NCBI GenBank assembly: GCA_050613775.1
Contig: JBODTK010000012.1
Coordinates: forward strand, 62,001-126,000
Direction of reading: 5' to 3'
Length of the DNA: 64,000 nucleotides
Source: Neocallimastix sp. 'constans'
Taxonomy: Eukaryota
Part shown: positions 27,398 through 43,387 of the stretch, piece by piece
Layout: every line of letters begins with the position of its first letter
Position numbering within the stretch: position 1 is the first letter of the stretch
Notes under the pieces: generated by a model
The model's input: only the letters and a program-made list of their open reading frames with translations
Databases searched by the model: none
Told to the model about the DNA's origin: nothing
Made by a program: the position numbers and the translations under genes

Positions 27398-28016
27398 AAA
27401 ATTTTTATAGTATCGTTAAACTTTACATTTTTTATATTTAGTTTAATATTAAGATGTAAGTTGCATTCCATATTTATAGAGAAGAAATATTTAAAATAGA
27501 GAAAAAATAACAAATGGGAGAAATATATCATCCAGCTGATTGTTGTTTAATAGAATATATTGTTGATAATTAATATGTTATTTCTGTTGGAAGTAAAAAA
27601 TAATAAAAGATAGATTTGAAATTAAATAAAAATAAATATTAATGCGCAAAAATACTTATTTACATTTTACTTTGCATATGATTCAAAATTATTTATAATT
27701 CAATTAATTATTGAGAATAAAATTAATGATATATAAAAGTATAAATAATAATTATTTGTTTATTTATAATATTTTAATATTTTAATTATAAAAAGCATTA
27801 TTATCTTTATTTTTTTTTATTTCCACTTCATATATTATTTAAAATTATTATTTTTTTTTGTTTTATATTTTGATAGTTAATTGTAAATGTTTTTTTTTTT
27901 TTTATTTTAAATGTTTTTAATTTAATTAATTAATTAATTAATAATAATAATAAATATATTTTATTATTATTATTATTTTATTAATTAATATTATATAAAG
28001 CATAAAAGAATTCAAC

Positions 28017-30055
28017 ATGTCTGATGGTAAATATATTTATATATTATAAAAAAGATTATTATATAAAAAAGTATAATATAATATATTAATAGTGTTATTC
28101 TTAATAAAATGATGAAATTAATAGGTAAGAAGAAGTCTAAGAAGGGAGTTACAATGAACTTAACTGATTTCCTTTCTGTTGGAAACAGTAAATATTTTAA
28201 TCCATTTATAAATAAAAATTAATTATTATAAATAAAAGATTTTATAAATGCATGCAAAAAAAATTTTTTTTGTTAAGGAATAATTGATTATTATTTTTTT
28301 TTTTTAAATATTATTAAAAGGTGTTGGTAATTGGGGTGATGATATTGAACTTCCAACAGGACGTATGTATTAATATTAAAGATAGTTGAATAGTTATTTT
28401 AACAGTGTAATTAATATTACTTTAAAAATACATGAAATTCAATATAAATAATAAATAGCACAATCTGATTCAAGATCTTATGGTGATAATGTATTTGGTA
28501 GCAGTAGTAACCGTTATGATAATAACGAAAGATATGATAAATATGACAAATATAACAACAATAATAATAACAATAATAATAATAATAATGACCATTATGG
28601 AGGAGGTTATGAACGTAATAATGATCGTTATGGTAATAATGATCGTTATGGTAGTGGTAATAATAACCGTTATGGTAACAATGAACGTTACAATAACAGA
28701 AATAATGATGGATATTATGGTGGAAGACAAGGAAGCCAAAGTAAATAGCTATATTATTGATACTTCCATTATTAAATATTTTTTTTTTTAAAAATTTTAA
28801 ATAAATTTTAAAATGCTGTTTCAATACAATTAATAATATTTTAATAATAAAATATTAATTATTTATAAAATACTATTTAAATATTATTAATACCATTTTA
28901 ATAATTAATACAGATCATGATATGTATGGACAAGGTATTATATATATTTATTTTATTATTGAAATAAAATAATTTATTATTAAACTTTGGAAACAAGAAA
29001 ATAAATTTATTAATATATCATTCTTTAAATGATATAATAAATTATTTAAATATATATTTTATATAAAAATAAGACCAAAGAAGACATTACCAAAATGATA
29101 GATATGGTGGTAACAATCGTTATGATAATCGTGAACGTTACAATCGTTATGATAACCGTGAACGTGAACAAAGACAAAGACCATCTCGTCCTATTCCAGA
29201 AAATCCACCATTTACTGCTTACTTTGGTAATCTTCCAGAAGACACTACTGAAGAAAGTTTACGTTCAGTTATTGCACCATTAAAGGTATTTATGTTATTA
29301 ATGTTTAAATTTAATATATAATTTATAAAAATTTCCCTAATAAATTTTATTTAAATATATTAATTAATAATATAATAAATGATTATAATAATATTTAAAT
29401 GGTAAATTTTTAATAATATGAATTAAAAGGTTAAAAGTATTAGACTTATTACTCATGATGATGGAAGATTAAAAGGATTTGGTTATGTTGAATTTGAAGA
29501 TCGTGCTGATTTAGAAAATGCAATTAGAGGCGAAGAAGTTGTAATTATTATTAGTGTTATTAACTGTTATTTGGATTATTGAGTAAATCAATTTACTTAA
29601 ATATAAGCATATTATTAAATAATATTTAATACAATATATTACTTTTTTTTTTTTTGAATAGATGTACAAAGGTCGTATATTAAGAATTGATGTTGCTGAA
29701 CGTAAGTAGTAGTGATATAAGTAAAAAATAAAACAAAAATAAAAATATTATTGATAATTAATTGTTATTTATGGATAGGGACAATAAATGATTATGAATT
29801 ATTATTGATTGTTCATAAAAATTTATGTAATTGTAATGTAATGAAATTTAATGTAATTTTTTTTTAATATTTAGAAAAGGAGAAGCCAGAAAAACCATCT
29901 GATAATTCTAACTGGAGAGCTCGTACTGAAAATAAGAACAGTTTTAGCGTTTTTGGTAACCGTAATAATAATAATAATAATAACAATCAATATAACAATA
30001 GACAAGAAAATAACTGGAGAGTTCGTAATAATGGTATGAATTAATTTTATTGCAA

Positions 30056-30087
<32 letters not shown>

Positions 30088-31024
30088 TTTTTATCATTTG
30101 ATAAAATTTTTATAAAGAATGATATTTAATTTTAAAATAATGTTTAAATATAATTATTAAACATTTTTTTTACCAATTTATAAAAATTATTTATAATAAT
30201 AATAGTAATAAACAAAGTTTAAACTCTAACAAAAACCATTAATTATTAATAGATTATTTTTTAAATTGATAAATTTTACATAGTATTAGTATTAAAAATT
30301 GATATATAAATTGTTTTAATATATTTTTATTTTTATTATAATATTAATTTTATAAAAAAAAATATATAAAATAAAGATAATGGACCATCTCAAGGAAGAA
30401 AGCCATTCAGTAATCATAGAAATGATGAACCAATTTCTTCTCCAACTCCAGCTCCAGCTGCACCACCAAAAAAGAAGATTAATCCATTCGGTGAAGCCAA
30501 ACCAGTTGATACTGCCGAAATTGAACGTAAGGTTGAAGAGAAGATGATTAAGGCTGATGAAGAAATCTTAAAGAAAGATAAGGAAAATGAAGAAAAGAAA
30601 GAGGGTGAAAATGAAGAAGTAAAGGAAGCTGGTGAAATTCAAGCTCCAAGAGAACGTCCAATGAGTCAACAAAAGACTCGTTCAAGCTACTATAATAACA
30701 ACCGTAACAACAGACCAGCTGAAGAAAATTCATGGAGAAGAAGTACCAATTCAGCACCACCTTTCAAATCTACTGGTGTTTTCCAAAGAAATAACAACAA
30801 TCGTGGAAGATACCAACAACCACGTAATAGTTACAATCAAATGAGAAAAGAAGAAGAAAAAAGTAATGTTGTTGAAATAAAAAATACTTACCAAGTTCTT
30901 CAAAATGTAAGCATTATTTAAGAAAAAATAAATATCTAATTATAATATAATATTTAATAATAATAAAAATATCTAATTATAATTATATCTTTTATATATA
31001 TGATTTTTCTTTTTTTAGGAATAA
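28017..31024 (+). CDS. Translation initiation factor eIF4B-like RRM protein, multi-exon
   Basis: MSDGKKKSKKGVTMNLTDFL..WGDD. RRM PPFTAYFGNLP..KGFGYVEFED..LRIDVAE. SNWR repeats and INPFGEAKPVDT motif. GT-AG introns; stop 31022-31024. Confidence 0.88.
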
Positions 31025-31438
31025 ATAATTTATTTAGAAATAATATAGAGATAAATTAATTAAGCACATTATTTTTTATTTATATATTTATAACATATAT
31101 ATAAGCAAATAATTATCAAAAAATATTGAAAAAAATTTTTTTAAACTTTTTTTTTTATTTTAATAAAAATTTTTTTATTATTTTATCATAAATAAAAGAT
31201 ATAATATAAATAATTTAAAAAAAAAAAAAAATGGAATCTTAAAAAATATAAAGGAAATTTTGATTAATAATGGAAGTTAAACAAAACAAAGCAAAGTATA
31301 TATAAGAAAGTAATATGTTATGGGGAAAATATAAATTATATAATATTTAATTTATAAAATAATAATAATAATAATATCAAAGCAATAAATGAGGTGTAAT
31401 GGAAAAAACATATTAATATTAGATATATTTTTAATATG

Positions 31439-31486
<48 letters not shown>

Positions 31487-32030
31487 TATAATTATTTAAT
31501 ATTATTATATTAAATTATATTTTTAAATTATATTATATTATTTTTATTTTTTTAATTGAAATGCTAGGAAACTTTTTTTTTTTTTTTTTTATTTTTTTTT
31601 TTATAAGTAGTAATGACTTTGTTGGTATTTTAATTTTTTGTTTTTATTTTTATTAATAATTTTTTAATTTTACATATTTAATTATTTATTATATTTTTAT
31701 TTGTATTTTTTGAATTTTACTTTTTGTAATTATTATATATCATTATTTATAGTAAATCTACACTAAATAATGATAATCACACAAACATGTTATATATATA
31801 TATAATATGTATATTTTATTTTATATTTATTAACTATGATTAAATTCCAATAATCAATTATAAGACGTTTTTTTAACTATTAATAATCATATTAGATAAA
31901 TTATTACTAAATTATATTTAAAGTTTTTATTTTTTTTTTTTTTTTGATTAAGACTTTAAACATTAACTAATAGGGTAATATTAATTAGAACTTTGGATGG
32001 TATAAAACCGTCTTATATTAATTATAATCT

Positions 32031-32960
32031 AGAACTTTGTACAAAAAAATCAAAAAATATAAATGTATAAAATATGACGATATTTTAGAACGTTACTGAA
32101 AATCAGTTTCCAAATTTCATGGTATTAAAGGTCAAAACTACGATAGTAATAGGTTCTCAAATAAGAAAGCTATTATTATGCTTAGCTTAAAATATCTCCA
32201 ATTCAACTTTGGGTTTTCATGGAATTATACGTTTATGCTGTAGTTATAAATACAATACTACTATTACTATTAGAATGGGTAGAGTTTCAGAAGATTGTTC
32301 CCAAGACTTGTCCCTGTTGTGGCGAAAGGTAATCAATCTTTTTGAACATTGGATTTTTAAATGCAATGCTCTTGCATCTTTTAGATGGAATTCTTTAAAT
32401 TTCATCGATGATCTCTATGTTTTTATTCATTAGGAAGATTTAGAGCGTTTAATCCTCTTTCTTCCTATGACTCCATTTCTGATTTTGAAGATTATATCAA
32501 TCATTATAATATATTTGTTTCTTCTTGGTGGAACTTTAGCTTTAAATGAGCTACATTTCGATAGTGAGGAACAGAGACAATTAAATGAACTACTTTTCAA
32601 AGGTTCATCTGCGTCACCTGTTCCAAAAATTGTGGGCTTGGCGGAATTCTTAACCAGCGCAATACCTATCCTAAATATTTTATTTGAGCTATTATTTGAT
32701 AGATATTCCAAATTACCAAACTTAACTAATAGCGTCGACGGTCGTACTGATAAGTTATATATTATCAATATTAATATTGATAATATATAACTTGCTCGAA
32801 ATACATAGTATTTTTTGAGCTTTTTTATTTTTTTTAATTTTTAACCTTTATTTTTATTTTTAATTTCAAATGTACTTTTCACCTACATATATTTTTTATA
32901 ATAAAATTAATAAATTTATGAAAGTGTATTCTCTTCCCTGTCTATATATATATATATATA
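32031..32960 (+). mobile_element. Second, degenerate 3' fragment of the same LINE family
   Basis: Aligns to ~22280-23316 with stops and frameshifts. Ends CTCTTCCCTGTCT followed by (AT)n instead of poly(A). Confidence 0.92.
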
Positions 32961-34133
32961 AAAACCATCCGAAATTATATTATTATATTATCTATTTTAA
33001 CGTTCTTTTTTTGCTATTTACACTATTATTATGGTTACTCTTTATGTTTCGACTTTAAGTGAATAAATTATTATATATTGTAAACTTATTTTTATTATTT
33101 TTTTTTTTTTTTTTTTTTTTTAGCTTTAATTGCGATAATAAATATTTCTATATTCTTTTAATCATTATTTTAATTATTATTACTGTATTTTCATTAAGAG
33201 TTTTTAAGTTTCTTTAGTTTATATTATCATAATTTTAGATTTCAATTTAATTTTTTTTTTTTCCTTAATATAATATCATGCTTGGCAAATAATTTATTTT
33301 TATAGAATCACTTATTAAGAGTCAGATGATACTATCTGTTGAAAGTCCGTTTCAAAAATAATGAAGAATATTATTTAGTTTTGTTGACTGGAGTCATTGA
33401 TACTCTTAATCTGTTATGAGTCAGTAATTTAGGTTTTATAATTATGTTAATTGTATTAATATATATTATAATAGAAAAGCTCTTAAATATTTATTTTTTA
33501 GTACAAATTTACATTTTTTTTATAACCTTTATAATGTGGCTTACAAATGAAAAATAAATGAAAAGTGTTGTATTTTATAATGTGGCTCATATATGTAAAT
33601 AAATAATGCTGTAAAAGTTATTAATGAAAATGTAATACAACTTAAAATAATAAATTATAAAGATAACATATTTACTTTTTTTTTTTTTTTTTTTTTTAAA
33701 CTGCGTAGTTGTTTAAAATTATTAATAACAAATAATGAATTTTTTTTTTTTTTTTATTTGATTATCTATTTTTTTTTTTTTTAATTATTTATTATAAATT
33801 AATATTTATGTTATTTAAGTTAATTAAACTGCATAATTGTTTAAAAATATTAATAATTTTAATGTTTTTTTTTTTATATTTGGTTATTTATTTTTTTTTT
33901 TTTTTTTTTATTTCTTTATTTTAAATATTATTAATAAAGTTAATTAAATATTTAAACTATAATTCAACAATATTACAATATTATTTTGTAAAATAGATAA
34001 TATCGAATAAATATTCATATTTTTTATTCATTTAATTATTTATTATTCATTAATTATAAAATTATTTATTAAGACAATATTAATTATTCAGATTATTTAA
34101 TGTAATATGAAGTATTTATAATAATGTTAATAG

Positions 34134-34171
<38 letters not shown>

Positions 34172-34354
34172 AATATTAATTCCATAAATAATTATAATTA
34201 ATAAAATTTTTATCTTTTTTATTTTTTAGTGAATTAAATTTTTTTTTTTTTTTTTTATAAAATATATTAAAAAAAGTTATAATGTATTGATAGGAATTAC
34301 GGTGTGACTACTTTTAACTTTAATATTAATTATTGATATACTTTTATACATATG

Positions 34355-34390
<36 letters not shown>

Positions 34391-35083
34391 AAATTTATTC
34401 AGATAAAATATAGAATCTCTATAGTATATTTATACTAGATAGAATGAAAATGATTTAATAATTTTCTAATGTTTATTTAAACTTAAACTTTATTTATTGA
34501 TATCTTATTGTTTATTTTTATGCAGAGGAAAATTTAATATTTTAAAATATGTGAAAAAATATAAAATTTATTATCAAAACTCTATATATTAAATATATAA
34601 AATAAAGATTTTTTACATATATATATTGTATATTGTATATTTATTATGCAAGTGCCCGCAATTCTATAGATTAAATTGATTTTTTTTTAAAAAAAAAAAA
34701 AAAAATTAACTTTAAGCAATATGTATAAAAATTGGTGGTACAATATATATATATATATTATATATGTAAATATATTTACATATGATTGTTGAGATAACTT
34801 CTATATTAAAATTAGTCTTTTATAAATGTATAAATATATTTTTTTTATTTTATAGTTTTTTAATATGATACTACTTGAAAATAATTTATGTAGCGATAGT
34901 GAATGAATATATATCGAATAGTAATAATAATAAAATATTATAATATCAAAGTTATGTTAAAAAAAAAAAAAATAAAATATTGATAGTTTCAATAGTAAGG
35001 ATAGTAAGAAAATAAGAATTGAAATATATTCTTGATATATTATATTATTTTTTTTTATTTAATTATAACATTATTATTATTAA

Positions 35084-35161
<78 letters not shown>

Positions 35162-35869
35162 TTTTAATTTTTAATGTTAAGTTTCAATGAAACTATGTGG
35201 AATAATATTCTATCATTTTTTTTTCTAATAAGAAGATAATAAAAATAGAAAAAGAAAAAAATATTAATTTTAAAATATGTATTAAATTAGTTCTAATTTA
35301 TTTATATTTATTTATTTATCTATTATTATTATTATTGTTATTATTATTTTTTTTTGTATTAATTCTAACTCTTTTTATATATTTACATAATATATATTAA
35401 TTATTTTATAAATAAATTATTATTATTATTATTAAGTAAAAGAAATTCAAATAAAAAAGTTTACATAATATTTTATACAATTAACATTAATTATCTATGT
35501 AGTCATAGATTTATATATATATTTTAAATTCAAAAAGAAAATGAGTAATGGAATTAGAATTAAAATAATAATTTTTTTTTATTAAATATTTAAAATTATT
35601 TAAAAATTTTATATTTTAAAATTTTATTTTATTTTATTTTATTTTTTATTTTATTTATCATCCATAAATTTAAATTTTTAATTAAAAAATGTATAAACAA
35701 TAAAATTTTATGTTCAAAATAACATATCTTTTAAAGTTTCTTTTTTAAATAATTATTATAATTATTATTTTTAATTTTTTTTTTTTATATATTATATTTA
35801 TTTAAAATATTGTTTTACTTTTCCTTTTGATTTATTTATTTATTATTTTTTCTTTTTTTCTTTTCTTCC

Positions 35870-35903
<34 letters not shown>

Positions 35904-35966
35904 AATAATTAATTTTAAAATTATAAAGAAGAAACATTTCATGTATTCATTTATTTATATGAAATT

Positions 35967-36070
<104 letters not shown>

Positions 36071-36746
36071 ATGTTTCTATATAGATCATTATTAAATAAT
36101 AATAATAATAATATAAAATTATTAACTGAAAATAATAATATAATATTTTTTTAATAAAATTCGTTTATAATGGACACACTTTATAATGAATTACATAAAA
36201 TTTTAAAGAAATATTAATGTTAAAATAAGTAAAAATTAAAATATTATTCTACATATATACATCAATATAAGCATTGCTCATATTTATCTATTATATAATA
36301 TTTATGTATTTATGACATATAGTATTATATTATTTCAACATTAAAGAAAAAAAAAAAAAATAAAAAAAAAAAAAAAAAAAAGAAAAAGGAAAAAAAAAAA
36401 TAAATATTCAATAATACCTAATTATATTTATTATTATATTATTATTTGTATGCATAATTTAATAATTTTATTATTATTATTATTATTTTTTTAATAATTC
36501 ATGAAAAATATAATATATATTTATATATATATATTATATTTTACTTAAAGACGAGACAAATATTTATAATTACAATATAGAATATAATAATTATATATTA
36601 CATATTAAATAGAATAGAATAGAATAGAATAGAATTTTATTACTGCAAAAAAAAAAAAAAAAAAAAAATAAAAAGATAAAAAGATAAATCAAAAAAAAAT
36701 ATATATATATATATATTACTTACAAAACTAATAAAATATTACAAAA

Positions 36747-36817
36747 ATGAAGACGACTGGAAAGCCTAACAATATAGCAATTGAAATAAGTGATATAGGT
36801 AGAATTGCTTAAAAAAA

Positions 36818-36850
<33 letters not shown>

Positions 36851-37304
36851 ATTTAAAAAATATATTTTAACATATTTAATATAAATTTTCACAAATATTT
36901 TTTCGTATATTTAATATTATATTAATTTTAAGTAGATAAATTTATTAATAAAAATTTTATTTTCAATTTATTATTATGTAGGTGAGGATTTTTCAGAAGT
37001 TACTACATATCCCTTTGATGATGCCAATATAGAAGGAGAAAAAGTAAGTATCAATATATTAATATGAATATATAAGTTATTTTAATAGATATATTTTCTT
37101 TTGCTTAATAATTGTATATAATAACAATAACAATAATAACAATATATAAATTATAATTATTTAATAATATCATTCATTTAAATAATTTATAATATTTTAA
37201 ATATATATTTTATTATTTTTTTTTTTTTTAATTTTATTAATTTAAATAATTTTATTTTTTATTATTATTTTTTATTATAATTTATTATTTATTTAATTTT
37301 TAAA

Positions 37305-37349
<45 letters not shown>

Positions 37350-37559
37350 TTTACCATTATCATTGGGGGGGAATAACATAAAATTTTATTTAGGAATTAA
37401 TATTTTCTTCAAAAAATAAAAATATATCACCACATAATCTTAATCAAAGCCCTTTTCCTTCATCTCCAAATGCTAACAATAATTATAAAAAAAATAACAA
37501 TAGCAGAAAAAAAAATATTAGAGACTATTTAAGTGGTTACAGTAACTTTCTAAATTAAG

Positions 37560-37601
<42 letters not shown>

Positions 37602-37696
37602 TTATTTTATTTTATTTTTTTTTTAAATATATATTTATATTAAAAGAAGAATTACTATGAGTAGTTTTAATTCATAACTTTATTATTATTATTAGC

Positions 37697-37768
<72 letters not shown>

Positions 37769-39039
37769 ATTTTATTTCAAATTTTAAATCTGAATGTGTA
37801 TAGGTAATAATTTTGAAAATAGGCAAAAACGTTTAAAACCAAAAGTAACTGCTAATTATGTTGAGATGGAATCTAGTACGGAATTACAAGATTATTGGTC
37901 TTTATTTGCTAAAACCGTAACATGTTGTGTTTTTCCAATTTGTTTAAAAAAATGTGGAATGTCATCTGAGGCAGTACAAATGGCCTGGAGAGAAAAAGTA
38001 GAGCTTAATAATTAATTAATTAATTAATTAATTAATTTTTAATTTTAATATTATAGTATTATTAATTATTTTATAAAAATATTTATTTTGAATGGAATTT
38101 TTTATGTAATTTATTAATAGTTTTTTTTAATAAATTTATATAATTTATATAATTTATATTATATTATTGATCAATTTGTATATGATATTAAATATTATTT
38201 AATTAATAATAAAAAAAAAAAAAAAAAGATCACAATGGTATTTATATATTTATTCATGATGGCATTAACGGGGTATTTCACTTTTGGAATTCAAAAGACA
38301 ATATGTCAAACGACCTCTAATAATTTTAATCCATGGAGAACGATTAATAAGGATCAAACATTTAAAATAAATAAATTGAAGGGACCTATTATTCGAGGCT
38401 ATATCTATGACTATATTGAATTAAAAAATATGGGACTTCAAGTACCCGGAGTTTTTAATAATTCTAACTTAAATTCTATTTATTTAGAGAAAAGTCATGG
38501 ATATTTTAAAAGTTCTTGTAAGAAATTTATTGGTAACCGGAATACCTGTCATCTTTACGAACCGAAGGAAGCAGAGGTTCCTTGTAATGATATTCGTGTA
38601 CTGGACTATGTTAAAATTAAACCGAATAAGCAACTCTATACCTGGGATGATCTTGAAATATTTAGAAAAAGAAATAATAAAGAATTAAAAAATGATGTGA
38701 ATCAATGGGAGGAAAGACCCCGTACTCAAGAAGATTATAATATAATTAATAATTCTAATTTGTTAGTATTCAATGGTGCCGTTTTAAATATAACCAATAT
38801 TCTTAATGGTTCTAAGCATAATAGTTCAATTACAAATAGTATGATAGGAAATTTAAGGTCGTTAATAGGAAAAGATGCCACATTATATATTAGCAGAACA
38901 TTGAAATATAATACAAATTCAGATATATCCTGTCTTTTGGTATATTATTATATATATATATTATTATTATTATCACTATCATTATCACTATCATTATCAT
39001 TATCATTTTTATTGTTATTATTATTACTATTATTATTAC

Positions 39040-39080
<41 letters not shown>

Positions 39081-39318
39081 TTATTTTTATTGTCATTACT
39101 ATTACTATTATTATTATTATTACTATGAGTATTATTGTTATATAAATAAATTTTTAATTTTATACATTTTCTATTTTTAAATAAATTTACTATACTTTGA
39201 GATATTATTATTAAAATTTTTAATAAATATATATTTATATTTATAATTATGCATAATATTATTTATATTTATATTTATATATATAATTATATATATTATT
39301 TATATATGTATGATTACT

Positions 39319-39372
<54 letters not shown>

Positions 39373-41073
39373 TTTTATTTATTTATTTATTTTTTTTTTC
39401 AAATTATATAGGAACAAAATATTGTTGGCTATATTGATAAAAAAACAGTTGGATGCTTTATATCTCAAGTATATATTTATACAACTTTAGTTTTAATTTT
39501 AGGAGTAGTTTTAGTTCGCTTTATCATGGCTATTGTATTTAGATATTTTATGGCTCCAAGACTTTTTAAAAAGAAACATTATAATACTAATATGAATGGT
39601 CCTCGAACTAATTTAAATACGATTCGTGCCATTAGTTATCACTCTAAAGACGTAGCTTTAAAGAACTCTAGTAATGATACTTTAATGTACCTCGACAGAA
39701 ATATGAATCCATTTGATCATGATATTTTCAGTGGTCAAGAGAGTCAAGATAATGAGGATGATAGTGCCGATGATGAGAATCAAGAATTATACACTATTTG
39801 TTTAGTTACCTGCTATTCTGAAGGTAAACGAGGGCTTCGTAATACACTGAATTCCTTAGCCTCCACCAAATATGATGATACAAAAAAATTACTTTTTATT
39901 ATAGCAGATGGTTTAATTAAAGGGGAAGGTAACGATCAATTAACATCCGATATTATTTTAAGTTTTATCTCTGAAAATTATCATCAATATAAAAATCCAA
40001 GATCTCAGATGCCAGAACCTCAGAGTTATGTATCCATTGGTATTGGAAATAAACTAAAAAATATGGCAAGAGTGGTAAAATATTATATTTTATTTTATAT
40101 CAATTTTTTATTATTATTATTATTTTTTTTTTTATTTTTATTTTTTTTTTTTATTTTTATTTTTGCTTTTAATTTTTTATTTTAATTTTTTATTATTATT
40201 TTTTTTTTTATTTTATGTAATATATTTCTATGTATTTTTTTTTCAAATTAAATTTATTTATTTTTATTTTTATTTTATTATATGTATAGCATGCTGGTAC
40301 GTATACTTCACTAGATAGAACTCATACCTGTCCAGTGATTGTAGTGGTTAAATGTGGTAATCCAGAAGAAGCGAATGATCCAAAACCAGGAAATCGTGGA
40401 AAACGTGATTCTCAGGTTATCTTAATGAATTTCCTTAATCGCGTTATTTTTAACGATCGCATGACCCCCTTAGATTATGAGTTAACCTATCAAATTCAAA
40501 AGACAGCCAACGTCTTCCCAGATAGATATGATTTAGTATTAATGGTGGATGCCGATACCAAGGTTAAACCAGAATCTTTAAATTATATGGTGAAAGCCAT
40601 GGTTTGTGATGAAAAAATAATGGGGTTATGCGGTGAAACTAGAGTATATAATAAGACCGATAGTTTTATTACCCAAATTCAAGTATTTGAGTATTATATC
40701 TCTCATCATCTCAGTAAAGCCTTTGAATCTGTTTTTGGTGGTGTTACATGCCTACCAGGATGTTTTTGTATGTATAGAATTAAGTCACGTAAACCAAATA
40801 CTAATTATATTATTCCTATTCTTGCCAATCCAGATATTATTGCGGAATATTCTCAAAACATTGTAAAGTCTCTTCATCAAAAGAATTTATTACTGTTGGG
40901 TGAAGATCGTTTCTTAAGTACTCTTATGTTGAAGACTTTTCCAAAAAGTAATTAAAATTAAAAAAAAAAAAAAAATTTGAAGAAAAATAAAATATATATA
41001 TATATATATATATCATACTCTATTTTCTATTATTACTATATATATACAATATATATTCTTTTATTTATTATTA

Positions 41074-41119
<46 letters not shown>

Positions 41120-42845
41120 AAAAATTATTTTTATATTAATATATATCTAAATATAATTACTTTTATATTTTTTTTTTTTTTTATTTTTATTTTTTATTTT
41201 TTAATTTTTTATCTTTTTTATTTTATTTTATTTATATAGGAAAAATGATGTTTGTACCTCAAGCTAGATGTAAAACTATTGTACCGGATACATTCAAAGT
41301 TTTACTATCACAAAGAAGAAGATGGATTAATTCGACCGTACATAATCTTGTAAAGTTAGTATTTGTAAATGATTTATGTGGTACTTTTTGCTTTTCTATG
41401 CAATTTGTAATCTTCTTTGAATTATGTGGAACCGTGGTTTTACCGGCGGCTTTATGCTTTACCATTTATATTCTTATTTCCTTTATCTTTTCCAATACGC
41501 TTGAAATTTTACCAATGATCTTACTTTTAGTTATTTTGGGTTTACCTGGAGTATTAATTTTTGTTACATTTAATAATTGGCATTACTTTTTATGGATGAT
41601 AATTTATTTAATTGCTTTACCTATTTGGAATTTTATTCTACCATTATATGCCGTTTGGCATATGGATGATTTTTCATGGGGTGAAACTAGAAAGATTTCG
41701 TCCTCTGGTTATAAGAATAATAGCAATGGTAACGGTAATGGTAATGATAAAGATAATGATAATGAGTTTTCATCAGATGTTACTGAATTAAACCATACTA
41801 GGGATGAAAATAAGAATAAGAGAGTACCATTTAAACATTGGTCAGAATATGAATATGAACGTCTACTTGAAACAAAACCAAAAGGTTCTTCTTCCTCTTC
41901 ATTACTACCAGAACAAGGCTTTAAAGGAACAACACTTTCTATGGGCCATGCCTTAACCGGTTCATCCTTAACCTCGACGCTCATTCCTTTGAATATGAAC
42001 AGCAACAGCACCATGTATTCCACTCTTATTTCAAACTATAATCATAACGGTGGATCCAACTCCAAGATAAATTATCATGATCTCTATCAACGTTCACAAT
42101 ATACCACTAATACTGAATTATATCATCACTTTAATAAGAAAAACTCTGAAATTGATAAATTTGAAAGTATAATTGGTAAATCTGATATATCCGAAATAAG
42201 GAAATCTGATATGATATCCAATACTAAGAAATTGCATTTCCATGATAAGAATATTTTAAGTTCATTAGGTAATGACGACAACACTACTAGAAATTATAAT
42301 GCTATGAAAAATACAGGCAGGGAACATTATTTTGAGATGAATGATTCCTCTATTTTAAATAATATTTTCAATACTAACCCATATAAAAATCATAAAATTG
42401 ATCATTCCAATATCAATGTCATCAATGAATATAAAACGAATAATAACAACGCCAAAGTGGTTGATCATCATGATAACTATCAACCTCAAATAATGAATAA
42501 TTTCAGTAGGGAGACAAGATCAAATCATGGTCACTATAATGATGATCTTGATATGACGAATATTAGAAATCTTCGAAATGAATCCTTCAAATATAGTAAT
42601 AATAATTCATCTGTTAGGGATAATGAGAGGGATAAGCCTCATTACTATTATAATCAAAAAGGGTTCCAGGAAGATCTTTATCATAATAAAGAAAAAAGTA
42701 AAGATAATAAATATCCTTCAGCCAAAGTTGAAAATATCTCTAGTAGGCGTTGCAGTAGGAATGGACAATATATTCCATTAAATACTGAATTTAATACCGA
42801 TCCCAAACCAGAGTTACCAAAAAGAGTTAGCTCTATTAAACATGG

Positions 42846-42855
<10 letters not shown>
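36747..42855 (+). CDS. Chitin synthase, division 2 (class IV/Chs3-like, no myosin head), multi-exon
   Basis: QMAWREK, cytochrome-b5-like segment, [53 protein letters not shown]. The 5' exons (from ATG 36747) are less certain. Confidence 0.95.
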
Positions 42856-42876
<21 letters not shown>

Positions 42877-43351
42877 ATTAATATATATTTAAAATCCTAA
42901 ACCCTTTAATAATAATAATAATGATAATAATAATAAAAAATAAATGAAATAATTCACATAATTATAAATATTGTTTATTATTATTATTTATTAATTTATT
43001 TATTTCTTTTATGGAGTATAAATATATTTTAAATCTATTCTTATAATAATATCCAATTTAAAGTTTTATTTTTACACATATAAATATAAAATAATTTATA
43101 TTCAAATATTCATAATTTTTTTTTTTTTTTTTTTTTTTTATAGAGTGATCTATTTAAAAATAACTTAATGATAAAACTTATAATATATATATATACATAT
43201 ATAATTTTTCCTCATATTTTATATCCTTTTCCCCTTATTATTATATAAAGAGTATTATTTTTTTTTAATATTAATTCATTCTCTTTTTATTCCTAATATA
43301 TATATATATAATTATTATTATAATAGGATAAAGAAATAATAATAAAAAAAA

Positions 43352-43387
<36 letters not shown>

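Noticed and set aside
28417..28824. Listed ORFs 28417, 28470, 28480 and 29095
   Set aside because: Wrong-frame or antisense readings of the eIF4B low-complexity exons.
31995..32975. TSD around the second LINE fragment (TATAAAACCGTC vs TATAAAAACCATC)
   Set aside because: Too degenerate and not adjacent to the 5' junction.
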